DNA of 64,000 nucleotides from contig NIVC01001267.1 in NCBI GenBank assembly GCA_002269645.1, forward strand, positions 62,001 to 126,000, in the 5' to 3' direction. A program made the position numbers and the translations under genes. Source of the stretch: Macrostomum lignano (taxonomy: Eukaryota). The notes beneath the pieces were generated by a model. The model worked only from the letters and a program-made list of their open reading frames with translations. It searched no databases and was not told the DNA's origin. Each line of letters starts with the position of its first letter. Position 1 is the stretch's first letter. Below, in pieces: positions 49,451 through 63,420 of the stretch.

Positions 49451-49975
49451 AAGCGCAGAGCAGATAGAAACGAGAAGAGATAAGAGAGAAAAGATAAAAG
49501 AAGAGAAATGAGAGATGAAGAGAGAGAAGAGAGGTGAGGGAAGAGACGAGCGACGAGGGGAGAGAGAAGATATAAAACAAGAAAAGAGATGAGAGGAAAG
49601 AGAGAGAGGAAAGAGGTGAGGGAAGAGACGGGAGAGAGGAGAGAGAGAGGAAAGAGTAGAGAGGAGAGATGAGAGATGAGAGGAGAGAGTTAAGAGAAGA
49701 GAGAAAAGAATAGAGAGGAGAAGGAAGAGACGAGAGAAGAGGAGGAGAGAGGAGAGAGGAGAGGAGGGAGAAAACGAAAGAGTAGAGAGGAGAGAGGAGA
49801 GCAGAGAGAAAACGAAAAGTAGAAAGGAGAGAGGAGAGGAGAGAGAAAAGAATAGGGAAGAGAGATGAAACAGAAAAGAGATGAGGGAAGATACAAGAGA
49901 AGAGAGGAGAGAAGAGAGAGAAGAGAGGAGAGACGAGGGATGAGAGAGAAGAAAGGAAAGAGACGATAGAAATTT
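48590..49975 (+). repeat. GA-rich low-complexity satellite
   Basis: Almost pure purine strand; the Ser/Leu ORFs on the minus strand are artefacts. Confidence 0.92.
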
Positions 49976-52854
49976 TAAAGGATCCAAGGGACATAGGTAG
50001 AGTCAGGGAGAGGCCAGAGTTTGCCAATATATGTTGAGTCAGACAGACATTGCCTGGCATTCTGTGGAGTACCCCAGCAAACAATAACAACATTTGCCTC
50101 AAACCCTAATTTTACACGAATGTGCTCCATTTTATGTCTACCTCTATCCTACTATTAATTTGTTTGTGTATGGCCTTAGATTTCAGAATACATGCAAAGT
50201 AGTTCCGGGGATTAGAATTCCCCGGGTTCAAAATCCGCGGGTTTCAACAGCTTGTATATATATAGAAGAGAGGAGAGGCGAGAGGTGTAAGAGAAAAGAT
50301 AAAAGATAGTAGGAGAGACTAGAGGGTGAGGAGAGAGCAGAGAATAGGGAATAGATCCACCTATAATAAATGTCTAAGTCTGTTGTAACTAAATGCGCAT
50401 AGCTTAAAACTCACTATATATGGCTTATAACTAAGCAAATATTGGTTATTATGAAGCGTATTATCAAAGTAAGACTCTAGGAAGTCGAACAATTTTAAAG
50501 TTCAAAATGCCATCCACAATTTGTGCAAGCGAAAATCACAATCAAAGTATTTCAGGGCCAAGTGCCAAAGCCCCATTGGGTGGGTGCCAAAAAAGGGGCA
50601 TCAGGGCATTTTGGGGTCTCCAAAGGAGAGGGCACTATACCTTTGCTTAGAGTTGCTTAAAGGTGGTAAAACGTGGCGCCAAGTCTTATGACGCTCGTTG
50701 AAATAATAATCTAATATATTCCATTGAAAAAACTTGATATCGTGCGCTTGCAGCGAAACTGAATTTTACTAAGAATTATTCAAACAGTGGCATTTTCGCT
50801 TTAAAATTATTCGATTCCTTGAACTTACCTGTATTTAAAGACAAATTAAAAATAACCAAGTATAGCCGTTAAGCTTGCGCTCAAATATTTATACTCTATG
50901 CAGGCCTATGCTTTAAATGAGAGACAAGGATAGCCTTTTCTTTCCAGCTCTTTATATAAGCTCCTTGATACTGGTGAATAAAGCCACAAATTAACCTATA
51001 CCGTGGGTGGTGGCCGTCGGTGAATCAAAAAGCGAGAGGCTTATTAATCAAAGGGAGGGGTTGGCTTGCCTAACTCACCGTGGGAGAATTCTCATTGGCC
51101 CGCGTGCTCAGTTTTGGGGTGGGTGTAGAACGGTGGCCCTCTCTCAATGTACGATAACTCCTAGTAGGCTGCTTGCAAGTCAGCGTTCAAACTTTTATGG
51201 GAAAACTATTGACTATAAATAATATACTAGAATTTAGAATTATAATTTATAATGTATATTAGTATATATAGAATATATACGAGCGTATGGTCAGACACAC
51301 AAGACAGACAAATCTGCTGGCTCATCAGTTCAAGTGCTTGGAAAGTCAGTTTGTCATTGTGGGGAACAGAATACTCTCAAGTCGCAATCAGATAGCTCGT
51401 AGTAGGACAGTAGTTGAATTCCTTACTGAACTGTCAAGGCTTAACGTTACCAAACGTTAGGCTTGACAGTGAAGGCTTGACAGTGAAAATTGGATTGTGT
51501 CCAATTTGAAGAGGATTGGTAAAAGTGGAGCGACGCTATAGAGGATTTAGTGAAATTCTTGCGAAACTTGACAAGCAAATTGTCTCTACCGAATTACAAC
51601 TTCCTGAGTTCGGGTAGCCAAATTGCTGCTTGCCGGTTTTGTTTGGATTCTCGCTAGCAGATTTCGGCTAGCTAAATCCTCGCTAGCAAAATTCCTGCTA
51701 GCAAAGTTCATAGACCCGCTTAGCACAAGCTACTGAAAACCGCGTATATTGAAACCGTGGAATTCCAATCCCCGAAACTACTTTTGCATGTTTTCCAAAA
51801 TCTGAAGTCATATTCCAACAAAAACTTGTCAATAGTTAAAATGGCTGGCGTGCTGCGCAGAATGTCAGGAAATGTCTGTCTGACTCAAGAACATGTATTG
51901 GCAAACTCTGGCCTCTGCCTCTCTCACGTCCCTCGGATTCTTCTCTCGTTGATTTTCCCTCACATTTATCACCTGTCTGTCTGCCCGTTTATCTGTCCTT
52001 CTCCGTGTTTTTCTGTCTCTCTGTGTGTCTGTACAGGTGTCTGGACTGTACATGTATGTGTCCAAAAAATTAAAATTTGTGTTGAAAAACAAATGGTGTC
52101 CTATGGCAACTTACCAATGATGGACTTACCAATGATGGGCCTCGCCCTCGCCCCACGCCTCGCCCTCGCCCTCGCCCTTGCCCTCGCCCTCCGCCTCGCC
52201 CTTCGAAGCCAGTATTTCTGTAAAGTTCAAAAGTCGCAATCTAAGTTTTTTTGAGAGGCGCGAAATTTGTTCTATCAAGATATTTCGGGTGGGGCGGGGA
52301 TGGGACGTGAATAAGGTCTCTGATAGCGAGAACATTAGAACCAGAGAACAAGTGTAAGTTTTACTCTGAGAACTGTTGATTATTTCATTTATAGTAAATT
52401 GCTTATTAACTCTAAACTGCTCAGCTTTTGATGCACAGAGACGTTATACATTAACTATAGTTACGTATAAGGCTATTCTGAGATTAACATGAGGGAATCA
52501 GATAGGAAGATATGACATTCAGGGATAAGGATGTGAGAATAAGGAAATCTGAAGATTCGGGAATGCCTTCTCTGACCAGCTACTTCAAGTAGAAATGTAA
52601 ATCGTAAATGGAGGAAATGAGAATGAATATTTAGGAATATACAATTTAGCATTCAATATCTTACCCAGCCAGCTGGCCCAGCAGCTGGGCCTGCGCCAGC
52701 TGTAGTTGGGCGACAGTGTGGATCTGGAAATAAATTAATATTTACACAAAAATAAGGTTGCTGAATTTAATTCTGACTAATGTCCCAGTGCCTGTCTATC
52801 AATCTGAAAGCTCAGTACACAGAGTGACTTATTCTAGCTTGAGATTCTGTCTGT

Positions 52855-54035
52855 GTCTGAGATCTGCGATCGGGAATCTGAGATCTGGGATCTGGAACCT
52901 GAAATCTGGAATCCGAGATCTGGGATCTGGAACCTGAAATCTGGATCTGGGATCTGGAATCTGAGATCTGGGATCTAGAACCTGAAATCTGGAATCTGAG
53001 ATCTGAGATCTGGAATCTGAGATCTGAGATCTGGGATCTGAGATCTGGGATGGATCTGAGATCTGGGATCTGGAAGCTGAAATCTGGAACCTGAAATCTG
53101 GAATCTGAGATCTGGAATCTGAGATCTGGGATCTGAGATCTGGGATGGATCTGAGATCTGGGATCTGGAACCTGAAATCTGGAATCTGAGATCTGAGATC
53201 TGGAATCTGGGATCTGAGATCTGAGATCTGGAATCTGGGATCTAAGATCTGGGATCTGAGATCTGGGATCTGGGATCTGAGATCTGGGATCTGAGATCTG
53301 AGATCTGGGATGGATCTGAGATCTGGGATCTGGAGCCTGAAATCTGGAATCTGAGATCTGGAATCTGAGATCTGGGATCTGGAACCTGAAATCTGGAATC
53401 TGAGATCTGAGATCTGGGATCTGAGATCTGGGATCTGAGATCTGGGATCTGAGATCTGGGATCTGAGATCTGGGATCTGAGATCTGGGATCTGAGATCTG
53501 GGATCTGAGATCTGGGATCTGAGATCTGAGATCTGGGATGGATCTGAGATCTGGGATCTGGAACCTGAAATCTGGAATCTGAGATCTGGGATCTGGAACC
53601 TGAAATCTGGAATCTGAGATCTGAGATCTGGAATCTGGGATCTGGGATCTGAGATCTGGGATCTGAGATCTGGGATCTGAGATCTGAGATCTGGGATGGA
53701 TCTGAGATCTGGGATCTGGAACCTGAAATCTGGAATCTGAGATCTGGAATCTGAGATCTGGGATCTGAGATCTGAGATCTGGGATCTGAGATCTGGGATC
53801 TGAGATCTGGGATCTGAGATCTGAGATCTGGGATGGATGGATCTGAGATCTGAGATCTGGAACCTGAAATCTGGAATCTGAGATCTGAGATCTTGAATCT
53901 GAGGTCTGGGATCTGAGATCTGAGATCTGGGATGGATCTGAGATCTGAGATCTGGAACCTGAAATCTGGAATCTGAGATCTGAGATCTTGAATCTGAGGT
54001 CTGGGATCTAAGATCTGAGATCTGAGATCTAGATA
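52855..54035 (+). repeat. GATCTG(A/G) heptamer satellite with GAACCTGAAATCTGGAATCT variants; second block at ~54595-54795
   Basis: Direct inspection. Confidence 0.93.
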
Positions 54036-54079
54036 GCAAAGATATATATAGAAATGATTTAGACAGCAAATCCACGTAC

Positions 54080-54365
54080 TAATTTTTCTCTCTTGCGGAC
54101 GCGGGCCCAGCGGCGGCCCGCCCGCTTCCGGACTGCCGCCTCCGCCGCTGCCTCCGAGGTTGCCTGTGCCTCCGCCGCTGCCTCCGGAGCTGCCTGCGCC
54201 TCCGCCGCTGCCTCCGGAGCTGCCTGTGCATCCGCCGCTGCCTCCGGAGCTGCCTGTGCCTCCGCCGCTGCCTCCACCTCCGCGGCCCAGTCAGCAGGGC
54301 CTGGATGGGCCGCCTCTGGGGCCTTTTTTTGTTTATTTTTCGCTTTCGGTAGTTTCTTGCCATTG
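54080..54365 (-). CDS. Candidate internal exon (K-rich, then EAAAEAQAAP repeats)
   Basis: Acceptor ATTTGCAG before 54365; open frame NGKKLPKAKNKQKKAPEAAHPGPADWAAEVEAAA..; donor TTA|GTACGT at 54079. Confidence 0.45.
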
Positions 54366-55102
54366 CTGCAAATGATTACAGAAATTCTATTAACTTTCGA
54401 AATTTGTATTTCTAAATATACTAAATCTGAGAAGTGAAAGATAGCGTGAATAAAGAAAAATGGGAGAGAAAGAAGTGAGAGCTGGGGTGCATTCGGAAAT
54501 GGGAGAAAACATTAAGAATATGTGCATAATATAGGTAATGACTGCTATATTTTGTATACTTAAAAGTTTAGGATCCCGCGGGATTCAGGCATAATCGAAT
54601 CGAGATCTGGGATCTGAAATCTTGGATCTAAGATCTGGGAGATCTGAAATCTGGGATCTGAGATCTGGGAGATCTGGGATCTGGAATCTGAGATCTGATA
54701 TCTGAACTCTGGAATCTGGGAGATCTGGGAGATCTGGGATCCGAGATCTGAAATCTGGGATCTGAGATCTTAAATCTGGGAGATCTGGGATCTAACTAGT
54801 TATATACTAACTGTGATTGTTGGCCAACCGTGTTTTTGTAAACAGGGTTGTTGTCTCTCCTGCACCACGTAGAGGTCATCACAACGCAGGAGTGGGGATC
54901 TGGATGTATGCAAAGTGACAATAATTACCCCAGCAAAGTATACAGAATTGAATTGCAAAGTGGGCAAGGTTACAGCAGTGAACCAGATCTTCTGCCACAG
55001 CATTTTCTGCAAAGCGGCCAGTCTTGCAAAGAGACTGAGGATTGCTTTACTGAGTATAAAATCAGTAAGTTTTTTTGGCTCCTAATTTGAATAAATACAT
55101 GG

Positions 55103-56150
55103 TTAACTATAGCGAAAAGCAGCCGAGCGGCCGAATAAACTGATAGTGGTCGGATTGGCTCTCGTCTCTAAAGCTGAATGAGACATGCCTGTTTTATTAC
55201 TGTTAACACATGCGACGCTGGTGTTAGTCAGTACAGTAGCAGCTCCCTGCGGCTGCGCTTGCACTGTTGCACTGCTTTGGTCCTTGTGAAAAAATTCTTG
55301 ATAAGCGCTGGTTCCAGGTCCAAGCTCGTAGTTATCAAACTCATCAGGTTTGTCTGCCGGGATGTTCATTTTAGCACTCGTGGCTATTGTTGCAGCGGCC
55401 GTGGCAGGTGTTGCAGTTGCAGCGGCCGTGGCAGGTGTTGCAGTTGCAGCGGCCGTGGCAGGTGTTTCAGTTGCAGCGGCCGTGGCAGGTGTAGCGGCGC
55501 TCGAACCGAATGCCCTGCATCTCCAACGAGGTCAGAATGTTGGTAATTGACAAATACCAAATCCGTATTTTCCAACTTTTCAACCAACTGAACACATTCC
55601 GCCCTGTTTAAATGATGGGGTGACTTGAAATCAAGAGAAAATCTTCCGCGTGCAAATCTGGTTTTGTTTTGCTTGTCACTCTCCATTTGCTTCCATGGAA
55701 TCGGGCCTCTGTTTCCAGCTCTCTTGAAAGCAGTCGTTGCTCTCTCCTGGATTGACCGTCTCAGCTTCTTCACATCACGAAAAGCGTTGGAAAGTCCGGT
55801 AGGTTCAGCTGGAACTGCTGCTTCTGTCGTAGCTTCCATTCGGGCTTGAGAGGCGATTTTTTCTTCTCGATAATATTCCTCTCCTTTCTTGATGATATTA
55901 GAAAGCTGTTTCACCGCTGCAGTTAATTCCTTTTGAACTCGGGAAGATACTCCATCAGAAACGTAACATTCGGGCTTATCAGTTGGTATGGCTGGAGGAA
56001 TAACGACGCAGAAAGAGTTTTGAGCTCGTTTCAAGTCGACCAGAATGCTGCTTTTAAAATCTCTCGGACGGTCTTTAGCCCTCTGCCTAAGAGCGTTTTT
56101 CTCGTCCTGCATAAGAGCCTGGTACTCAGCCTTAAGAGCAGGTGTCCATT
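55103..56150 (-). CDS. Candidate exon(s) of an unknown helical protein
   Basis: Acceptor TTACTTTTAG before 56150; ~200 codons of complex sequence (EWTPALKAEY..LENTDL), then TPATAAAT repeats in frame with ORF 55103-55369. Internal splicing unresolved. Confidence 0.5.
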
Positions 56151-56209
56151 CTAAAAGTAATTGTGGGATGTAAGGGATATACAGACATCGGAGATTAAGA
56201 TTCAGACGG

Positions 56210-56568
<359 letters not shown>

Positions 56569-57649
56569 CTCTTACGACTGTCTGTGTGTTTAGCGGGACC
56601 TGAGTTATGTTAATGCGTTACGTGGACCACGCAATTCCGGTTAAAAAATAGAGTCTGTTTTGACAACGCAAAAGGCTAGCTAGGGTTATCTTTTTGTTAA
56701 CTTGACGGAATAGCCAGTTCGGGGAAACTGTGGTGGTTCACTAACTACGTTTTGGGGACCGGGTTAGGTGGACCGCAAAAAAACAGTTGGTTTAGTTAGA
56801 CCTCTTTCGTTGTAGAAAATTTATTGCTTTAAACTGTTCTTTTGAACTAATTAAAACAGAAATTCTCAAAAAGAACAGATAAAAGGGTTACGACGTCATT
56901 TAATGAAAATATCCCAAGTTCAAACCAATTTATTTAGCATTATTAATCGGGTTAATCGGGTTAAACAAATGTACGATCGCATTAGTTAGTTGCGTCGCGT
57001 GAATACAAGAAGGTGAATGAAAATAAAGCATTTTGAAAATAAATACAGAATCATATCAAATGACTGTAAAGTCATTAAAACTAATTTAGGTCAAAATGTA
57101 TGCTTCAAATACATGTTAACAAACGTAAGATTCCATTAGTTAAAAAAGGTCATCCGAGTACGAGCCTACAAGAAGTTGAAGGGCATTTTTAATAACGACA
57201 AAAGTTACTAAAACTGAAATTAAATTGATTTGACTACATCAGTCCTATTATACTGAATGAGTTGGTGAGCAATCATATGATAAGCCAATCATTTTACCGA
57301 CTTTCATCTTTTCGTTCACGCAGATGATGGCTTAATCTTCTTATTTTTCTACGAAATATTCTCCTGGACCTTCCCTGCCTCCGTGGTCCCGGACCGCTTC
57401 TGTTATTGATCTGTCATTGCCTCTCTCACGAATTTCAGCTTACTTAGCCATCGAATCCGCTTTCGTCAGCTCAGCTCTATGATGAACCTTTCTATATTTC
57501 TCGTCAATTAGTGGTTTGAATCTTCTTTTACAGTTCGTTTTAACCTTCATCTCGGTGAAACGCAGTCAGTCTCGTCGAGCTCAGGCGAACAAAATCAACC
57601 ACAGGCTCCTACAAAGGTAGAAAATAAAATTAACTGACAATCAAACAGA

Positions 57650-60600
57650 CACAGAAATCTGTTCCAGTTGTGTCTGTAGGTTATGTGGACCACCTGAGAG
57701 CCAGAGCCTCAAACAGACAGAGAAATCTGTTCGAGTTGTGTCTGTAGGTTAGGTGGACCACCTTCTGAGAGCCAAAGCCTCAAACAGACTGAGAGAGCTG
57801 CTTCAGTTGTGTCTGTAGGTTATGTGGACCACCTAAGAGCAAGAGCCTCAAACAGACAGAGAAATCTGTTCGAGTTGTGTCTGTAGGTTAGGTGGACCAG
57901 CTACTCCAAAGCACTTCTAGGCGATAATCTAAGCCATGAATCTCCGAGAGCCTCTCGTTACACATCCAGATGTTCTGCCTTGATGCTGGACTAGCTCACT
58001 TTCTAGGAATATGTTCTGATTGCATTCTAACAAACTGAAGCATTCTCGGCACTAAACTTTCTCGGCGGCTCTGAGAGCCAGAGCCTCAAACAGACAGAGA
58101 AATCTGTTCGAGTTGTGTCTGTAGGTTAGGTGGACCAGCTACTCCAAAGCACTTCTAGGCGATAATCTAAGCCATGAATCTCCGAGAGCCTCTCGTTACA
58201 CATCCAGATGTTCTGCCTTGATGCTGGACTAGCTCACTTTCTAGGAATCTGTTCTGATTGCATTCTAACAAACTGAAGCATTCTCGGCACTAAACTTTCT
58301 CGGCGGCTCTGAGAGCCAGAGCCTCAAACAGACAGAAATCTGTTCGAGTTGTGTCTGTAGGTTAGGTGGACCAGCTACTCCAAAGCACTTCTAGGCGATA
58401 ATCTGAGCCAGGAATCTCCGAGAGCCTCTCGTTACACATACAGATGTTCTGCCTTGATGCTGGACTAGCTCACTTTCTAGGAATCTGTTCTGATTGCATT
58501 CTAACAAACTGAAGCATTCTCGGCACTAAACTTTCTCGGCGGCTCTGAGAGCCAGAGCCTCAAACAGACAGAGAAATCTGTTCGAGTTGTGTCTGTAGGT
58601 TAGGTGGACCAGCTACTCCAAAGCACTTCTAGGCGATAATCTGAGCCAGGAATCTCCGAGAGCCTCTCGTTACACATCCAGATGTTCTGCCTTGATGCTG
58701 GACTAGCTCACTTTCTAGGAATCTGTTCTGATTGCATTCTAACAAACTGAAGCATTCTCGGCACTAAACTTTCTCGGCGGCTCTGAGAGCTAGAGCCTCA
58801 AACAGACAGAGAAATCTGTTCGAGTTGTGTCTGTAGGTTAGGTGGACCAGCTACTCCAAAGCACTTCTAGGCGATAATCTAAGCCATGAATCTCCGAGAG
58901 CCTCTCGTTACACATCCAGATGTTCTGCCTTGATGCTGGACTAGCTCACTTTCTAGGAATATGTTCTGATTGCATTCTAACAAACTGAAGCATTCTCGGC
59001 ACTAAACTTTTTCGGCGGCTCTGAGAGCCAGAGCCTCAAACAGACAGAGAAATCTGTTCGAGTTGTGTCTGTAGGTTAGGTGGACCAGCTACTCCAAAGC
59101 ACTTCTAGGCGATAATCTAAGCCATGAATCTCCGAGAGCCTCTCGTTACACATCCAGATGTTCTGCCTTGATGCTGGACTAGCTCACTTTCTAGGAATCT
59201 GTTCTGATTGCATTCTAACAAACTGAAGCATTCTCGGCACTAAACTTTCTCGGCGGCTCTGAGAGCCAGAGCCTCAAACAGACAGAAATCTGTTCGAGTT
59301 GTGTCTGTAGGTTAGGTGGACCAGCTACTCCAAAGCACTTCTAGGCGATAATCTAAGCCATGAATCTCCGAGAGCCTCTCGTTACACATCCAGATGTTCT
59401 GCCTTGATGCTGGACTAGCTCACTTTCTAGGAATCTGTTCTGATTGCATTCTAACAAACTGAAGCATTCTCGGCACTAAACTTTCTCGGCGGCTCTGAGA
59501 GCCAGAGCCTCAAACAGACAGAAATCTGTTCGAGTTGTGTCTGTAGGTTAGGTGGACCAGCTACTCCAAAGCACTTCTAGGCGATAATCTGAGCCAGGAA
59601 TCTCCGAGAGCCTCTCGTTACACATCCAGATGTTCTGCCTTGATGCTGGACTAGCTCACTTTCTAGGAATATGTTCTGATTGCATTCTAACAAACTGAAG
59701 CATTCTCGGCACTAAACTTTCTCGGCGGCTCTGAGAGCCAGAGCCTCAAACAGACAGAAATCTGTTCGAGTTGTGTCTGTAGGTTAGGTGGACCAGCTAC
59801 TCCAAAGCACTTCTAGGCGATAATCTGAGCCAGGAATCTCCGAGAGCCTCTCGTTACACATCCAGATGTTCTGCCTTGATGCTGGACTAGCTCACTTTCT
59901 AGGAATATGTTCTGATTGCATTCTAACAAACTGAAGCATTCTCGGCACTAAACTTTCTCGGCGGCTCTGAGAGCCAGAGCCTCAAACAGACAGAGAAATC
60001 TGTTCGAGTTGTGTCTGTAGGTTAGGTGGACCAGCTACTCCAAAGCACTTCTAGGCGATAATCTGAGCCAGGAATCTCCGAGAGCCTCTCGTTACACATC
60101 CATGTTCTACCTTGATGCTGGACTAGCTCACTTTCTAGGAATCTGTTCTGATTGCATTCTAACAAACTGAAGCATTCTCGGCACTAAACTTTCTCGGCGG
60201 CTCTGAGAGCCAGAGCCTCAAACAGACAGAGAAATCTGTTCGAGTTGTGTCTGTAGGTTAGGTGGACCAGCTACTCCAAAGCACTTCTAGGCGATAATCT
60301 GAGCCAGGAATCTCCGAGAGCCTCTCGTTACACATCCATGTTCTACCTTGATGCTGGACTAGCTCACTTTCTAGGAATCTGTTCTGATTGCATTCTAACA
60401 AACTGAAGCATTCTCGGCACTAAACTTTCTCGGCGGCTCTGAGAGCCAGAGCCTCAAACAGACAGAGAAATCTGTTCGAGTTGTGTCTGTAGGTTAGGTG
60501 GACCAGCTACTCCAAAGCACTTCTAGGCGATAATCTAAGCCATGAATCTCCGAGAGCCTCTCGTTACACATCCAGATGTTCTGCCTTGATGCTGGACTAG

Positions 60601-63420
60601 CTCACTTTCTAGGAATCTGTTCTGATTGCATTCTAACAAACTGAAGCATTCTCGGCACTAAACTTTCTCGGCGGCTCTGAGAGCCAGAGCCTCAAACAGA
60701 CAGAAATCTGTTCGAGTTGTGTCTGTAGGTTAGGTGGACCAGCTACTCCAAAGCACTTCTAGGCGATAATCTGAGCCAGGAATCTCCGAGAGCCTCTCGT
60801 TACACATCCAGATGTTCTGCCTTGATGCTGGACTAGCTCACTTTCTAGGAATATGTTCTGATTGCATTCTAACAAACTGAAGCATTCTCGGCACTAAACT
60901 TTCTCGGCGGCTCTGAGAGCCAGAGCCTCAAACAGACAGAGAAATCTGTTCGAGTTGTGTCTGTAGGTTAGGTGGACCAGCTACTCCAAAGCACTTCTAG
61001 GCGATAATCTGAGCCAGGAATCTCCGAGAGCCTCTCGTTACACATCCAGATGTTCTGCCTTGATGCTGGACTAGCTCACTTTCTAGGAATCTGTTCTGAT
61101 TGCATTCTAACAAACTGAAGCATTCTCGGCACTAAACTTTCTCGGCGGCTCTGAGAGCTAGAGCCTCAAACAGACAGAGAAATCTGTTCGAGTTGTGTCT
61201 GTAGGTTAGGTGGACCAGCTACTCCAAAGCACTTCTAGGCGATAATCTAAGCCATGAATCTCCGAGAGCCTCTCGTTACACATCCAGATGTTCTGCCTTG
61301 ATGCTGGACTAGCTCACTTTCTAGGAATATGTTCTGATTGCATTCTAACAAACTGAAGCATTCTCGGCACTAAACTTTTTCGGCGGCTCTGAGAGCCAGA
61401 GCCTCAAACAGACAGAGAAATCTGTTCGAGTTGTGTCTGTAGGTTAGGTGGACCAGCTACTCCAAAGCACTTCTAGGCGATAATCTAAGCCATGAATCTC
61501 CGAGAGCCTCTCGTTACACATCCAGATGTTCTGCCTTGATGCTGGACTAGCTCACTTTCTAGGAATCTGTTCTGATTGCATTCTAACAAACTGAAGCATT
61601 CTCGGCACTAAACTTTCTCGGCGGCTCTGAGAGCCAGAGCCTCAAACAGACAGAAATCTGTTCGAGTTGTGTCTGTAGGTTAGGTGGACCAGCTACTCCA
61701 AAGCACTTCTAGGCGATAATCTAAGCCATGAATCTCCGAGAGCCTCTCGTTACACATCCAGATGTTCTGCCTTGATGCTGGACTAGCTCACTTTCTAGGA
61801 ATCTGTTCTGATTGCATTCTAACAAACTGAAGCATTCTCGGCACTAAACTTTCTCGGCGGCTCTGAGAGCCAGAGCCTCAAACAGACAGAAATCTGTTCG
61901 AGTTGTGTCTGTAGGTTAGGTGGACCAGCTACTCCAAAGCACTTCTAGGCGATAATCTGAGCCAGGAATCTCCGAGAGCCTCTCGTTACACATCCAGATG
62001 TTCTGCCTTGATGCTGGACTAGCTCACTTTCTAGGAATATGTTCTGATTGCATTCTAACAAACTGAAGCATTCTCGGCACTAAACTTTCTCGGCGGCTCT
62101 GAGAGCCAGAGCCTCAAACAGACAGAGAAATCTGTTCGAGTTGTGTCTGTAGGTTAGGTGGACCAGCTACTCCAAAGCACTTCTAGGCGATAATCTGAGC
62201 CAGGAATCTCCGAGAGCCTCTCGTTACACATCCATGTTCTACCTTGATGCTGGACTAGCTCACTTTCTAGGAATCTGTTCTGATTGCATTCTAACAAACT
62301 GAAGCATTCTCGGCACTAAACTTTCTCGGCGGCTCTGAGAGCCAGAGCCTCAAACAGACAGAGAAATCTGTTCGAGTTGTGTCTGTAGGTTAGGTGGACC
62401 AGCTACTCCAAAGCACTTCTAGGCGATAATCTGAGCCAGGAATCTCCGAGAGCCTCTCGTTACACATCCATGTTCTACCTTGATGCTGGACTAGCTCACT
62501 TTCTAGGAATCTGTTCTGATTGCATTCTAACAAACTGAAGCATTCTCGGCACTAAACTTTCTCGGCGGCTCTGAGAGCCAGAGCCTCAAACAGACAGAGA
62601 AATCTGTTCGAGTTGTGTCTGTAGGTTAGGTGGACCAGCTACTCCAAAGCACTTCTAGGCGATAATCTAAGCCATGAATCTCCGAGAGCCTCTCGTTACA
62701 CATCCAGATGTTCTGCCTTGATGCTGGACTAGCTCACTTTCTAGGAATCTGTTCTGATTGCATTCTAACAAACTGAAGCATTCTCGGCACTAAACTTTCT
62801 CGGCGGCTCTGAGAGCCAGAGCCTCAAACAGACAGAAATCTGTTCGAGTTGTGTCTGTAGGTTAGGTGGACCAGCTACTCCAAAGCACTTCTAGGCGATA
62901 ATCTGAGCCAGGAATCTCCGAGAGCCTCTCGTTACACATCCAGATGTTCTGCCTTGATGCTGGACTAGCTCACTTTCTAGGAATATGTTCTGATTGCATT
63001 CTAACAAACTGAAGCATTCTCGGCACTAAACTTTCTCGGCGGCTCTGAGAGCCAGAGCCTCAAACAGACAGAGAAATCTGTTCGAGTTGTGTCTGTAGGT
63101 TAGGTGGACCAGCTACTCCAAAGCACTTCTAGGCGATAATCTGAGCCAGGAATCTCCGAGAGCCTCTCGTTACACATCCAGATGTTCTGCCTTGATGCTG
63201 GACTAGCTCACTTTCTAGGAATCTGTTCTGATTGCATTCTAACAAACTAAAGCATTCTCGGCACTAAACTTTCTCGGCGGCTCTGAGAGCCAGAGCCTTA
63301 AACAGACAGAGAAATCTGTTCGAGTTGTGTCTGTAGGTTAGGTGGACCACCTTCTGAGAGCCAAAGCCTCAAACAGACTGAGAGAGCTGATTCAGTTGTG
63401 TCTGTAGTTTAGGTGGACCA
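57650..63420 (+). repeat. 236/238-bp tandem satellite, about 23 copies, flanked by 68-71-bp monomers
   Basis: Unit starts at 58071, 58309, 58545, 58783 and onward; copies differ at only a few diagnostic sites. Confidence 0.96.

Noticed and set aside
48611-50102. 458-aa and 265-aa Ser/Leu-rich ORFs
   Set aside because: The CT-rich strand lacks stops for compositional reasons.
53242-54075. 277-aa SQISDLR repeat ORF
   Set aside because: Translation of the GATCTG heptamer satellite.
57300-57600. Coding-like minus-strand segment
   Set aside because: Stops occur in the frames I read, and no recognisable motif.
57830-63350. Tandemly amplified exon/intron cassette on the minus strand (CTCTCAG..AAA|GTGAGC)
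   Set aside because: The candidate 71-nt exon is not phase-symmetric, and all frames of the full unit contain stops.
57650-63420. Possible CRISPR-like repeat/spacer array
   Set aside because: The spacer-like part is identical between units, the context is eukaryotic and there are no cas genes.
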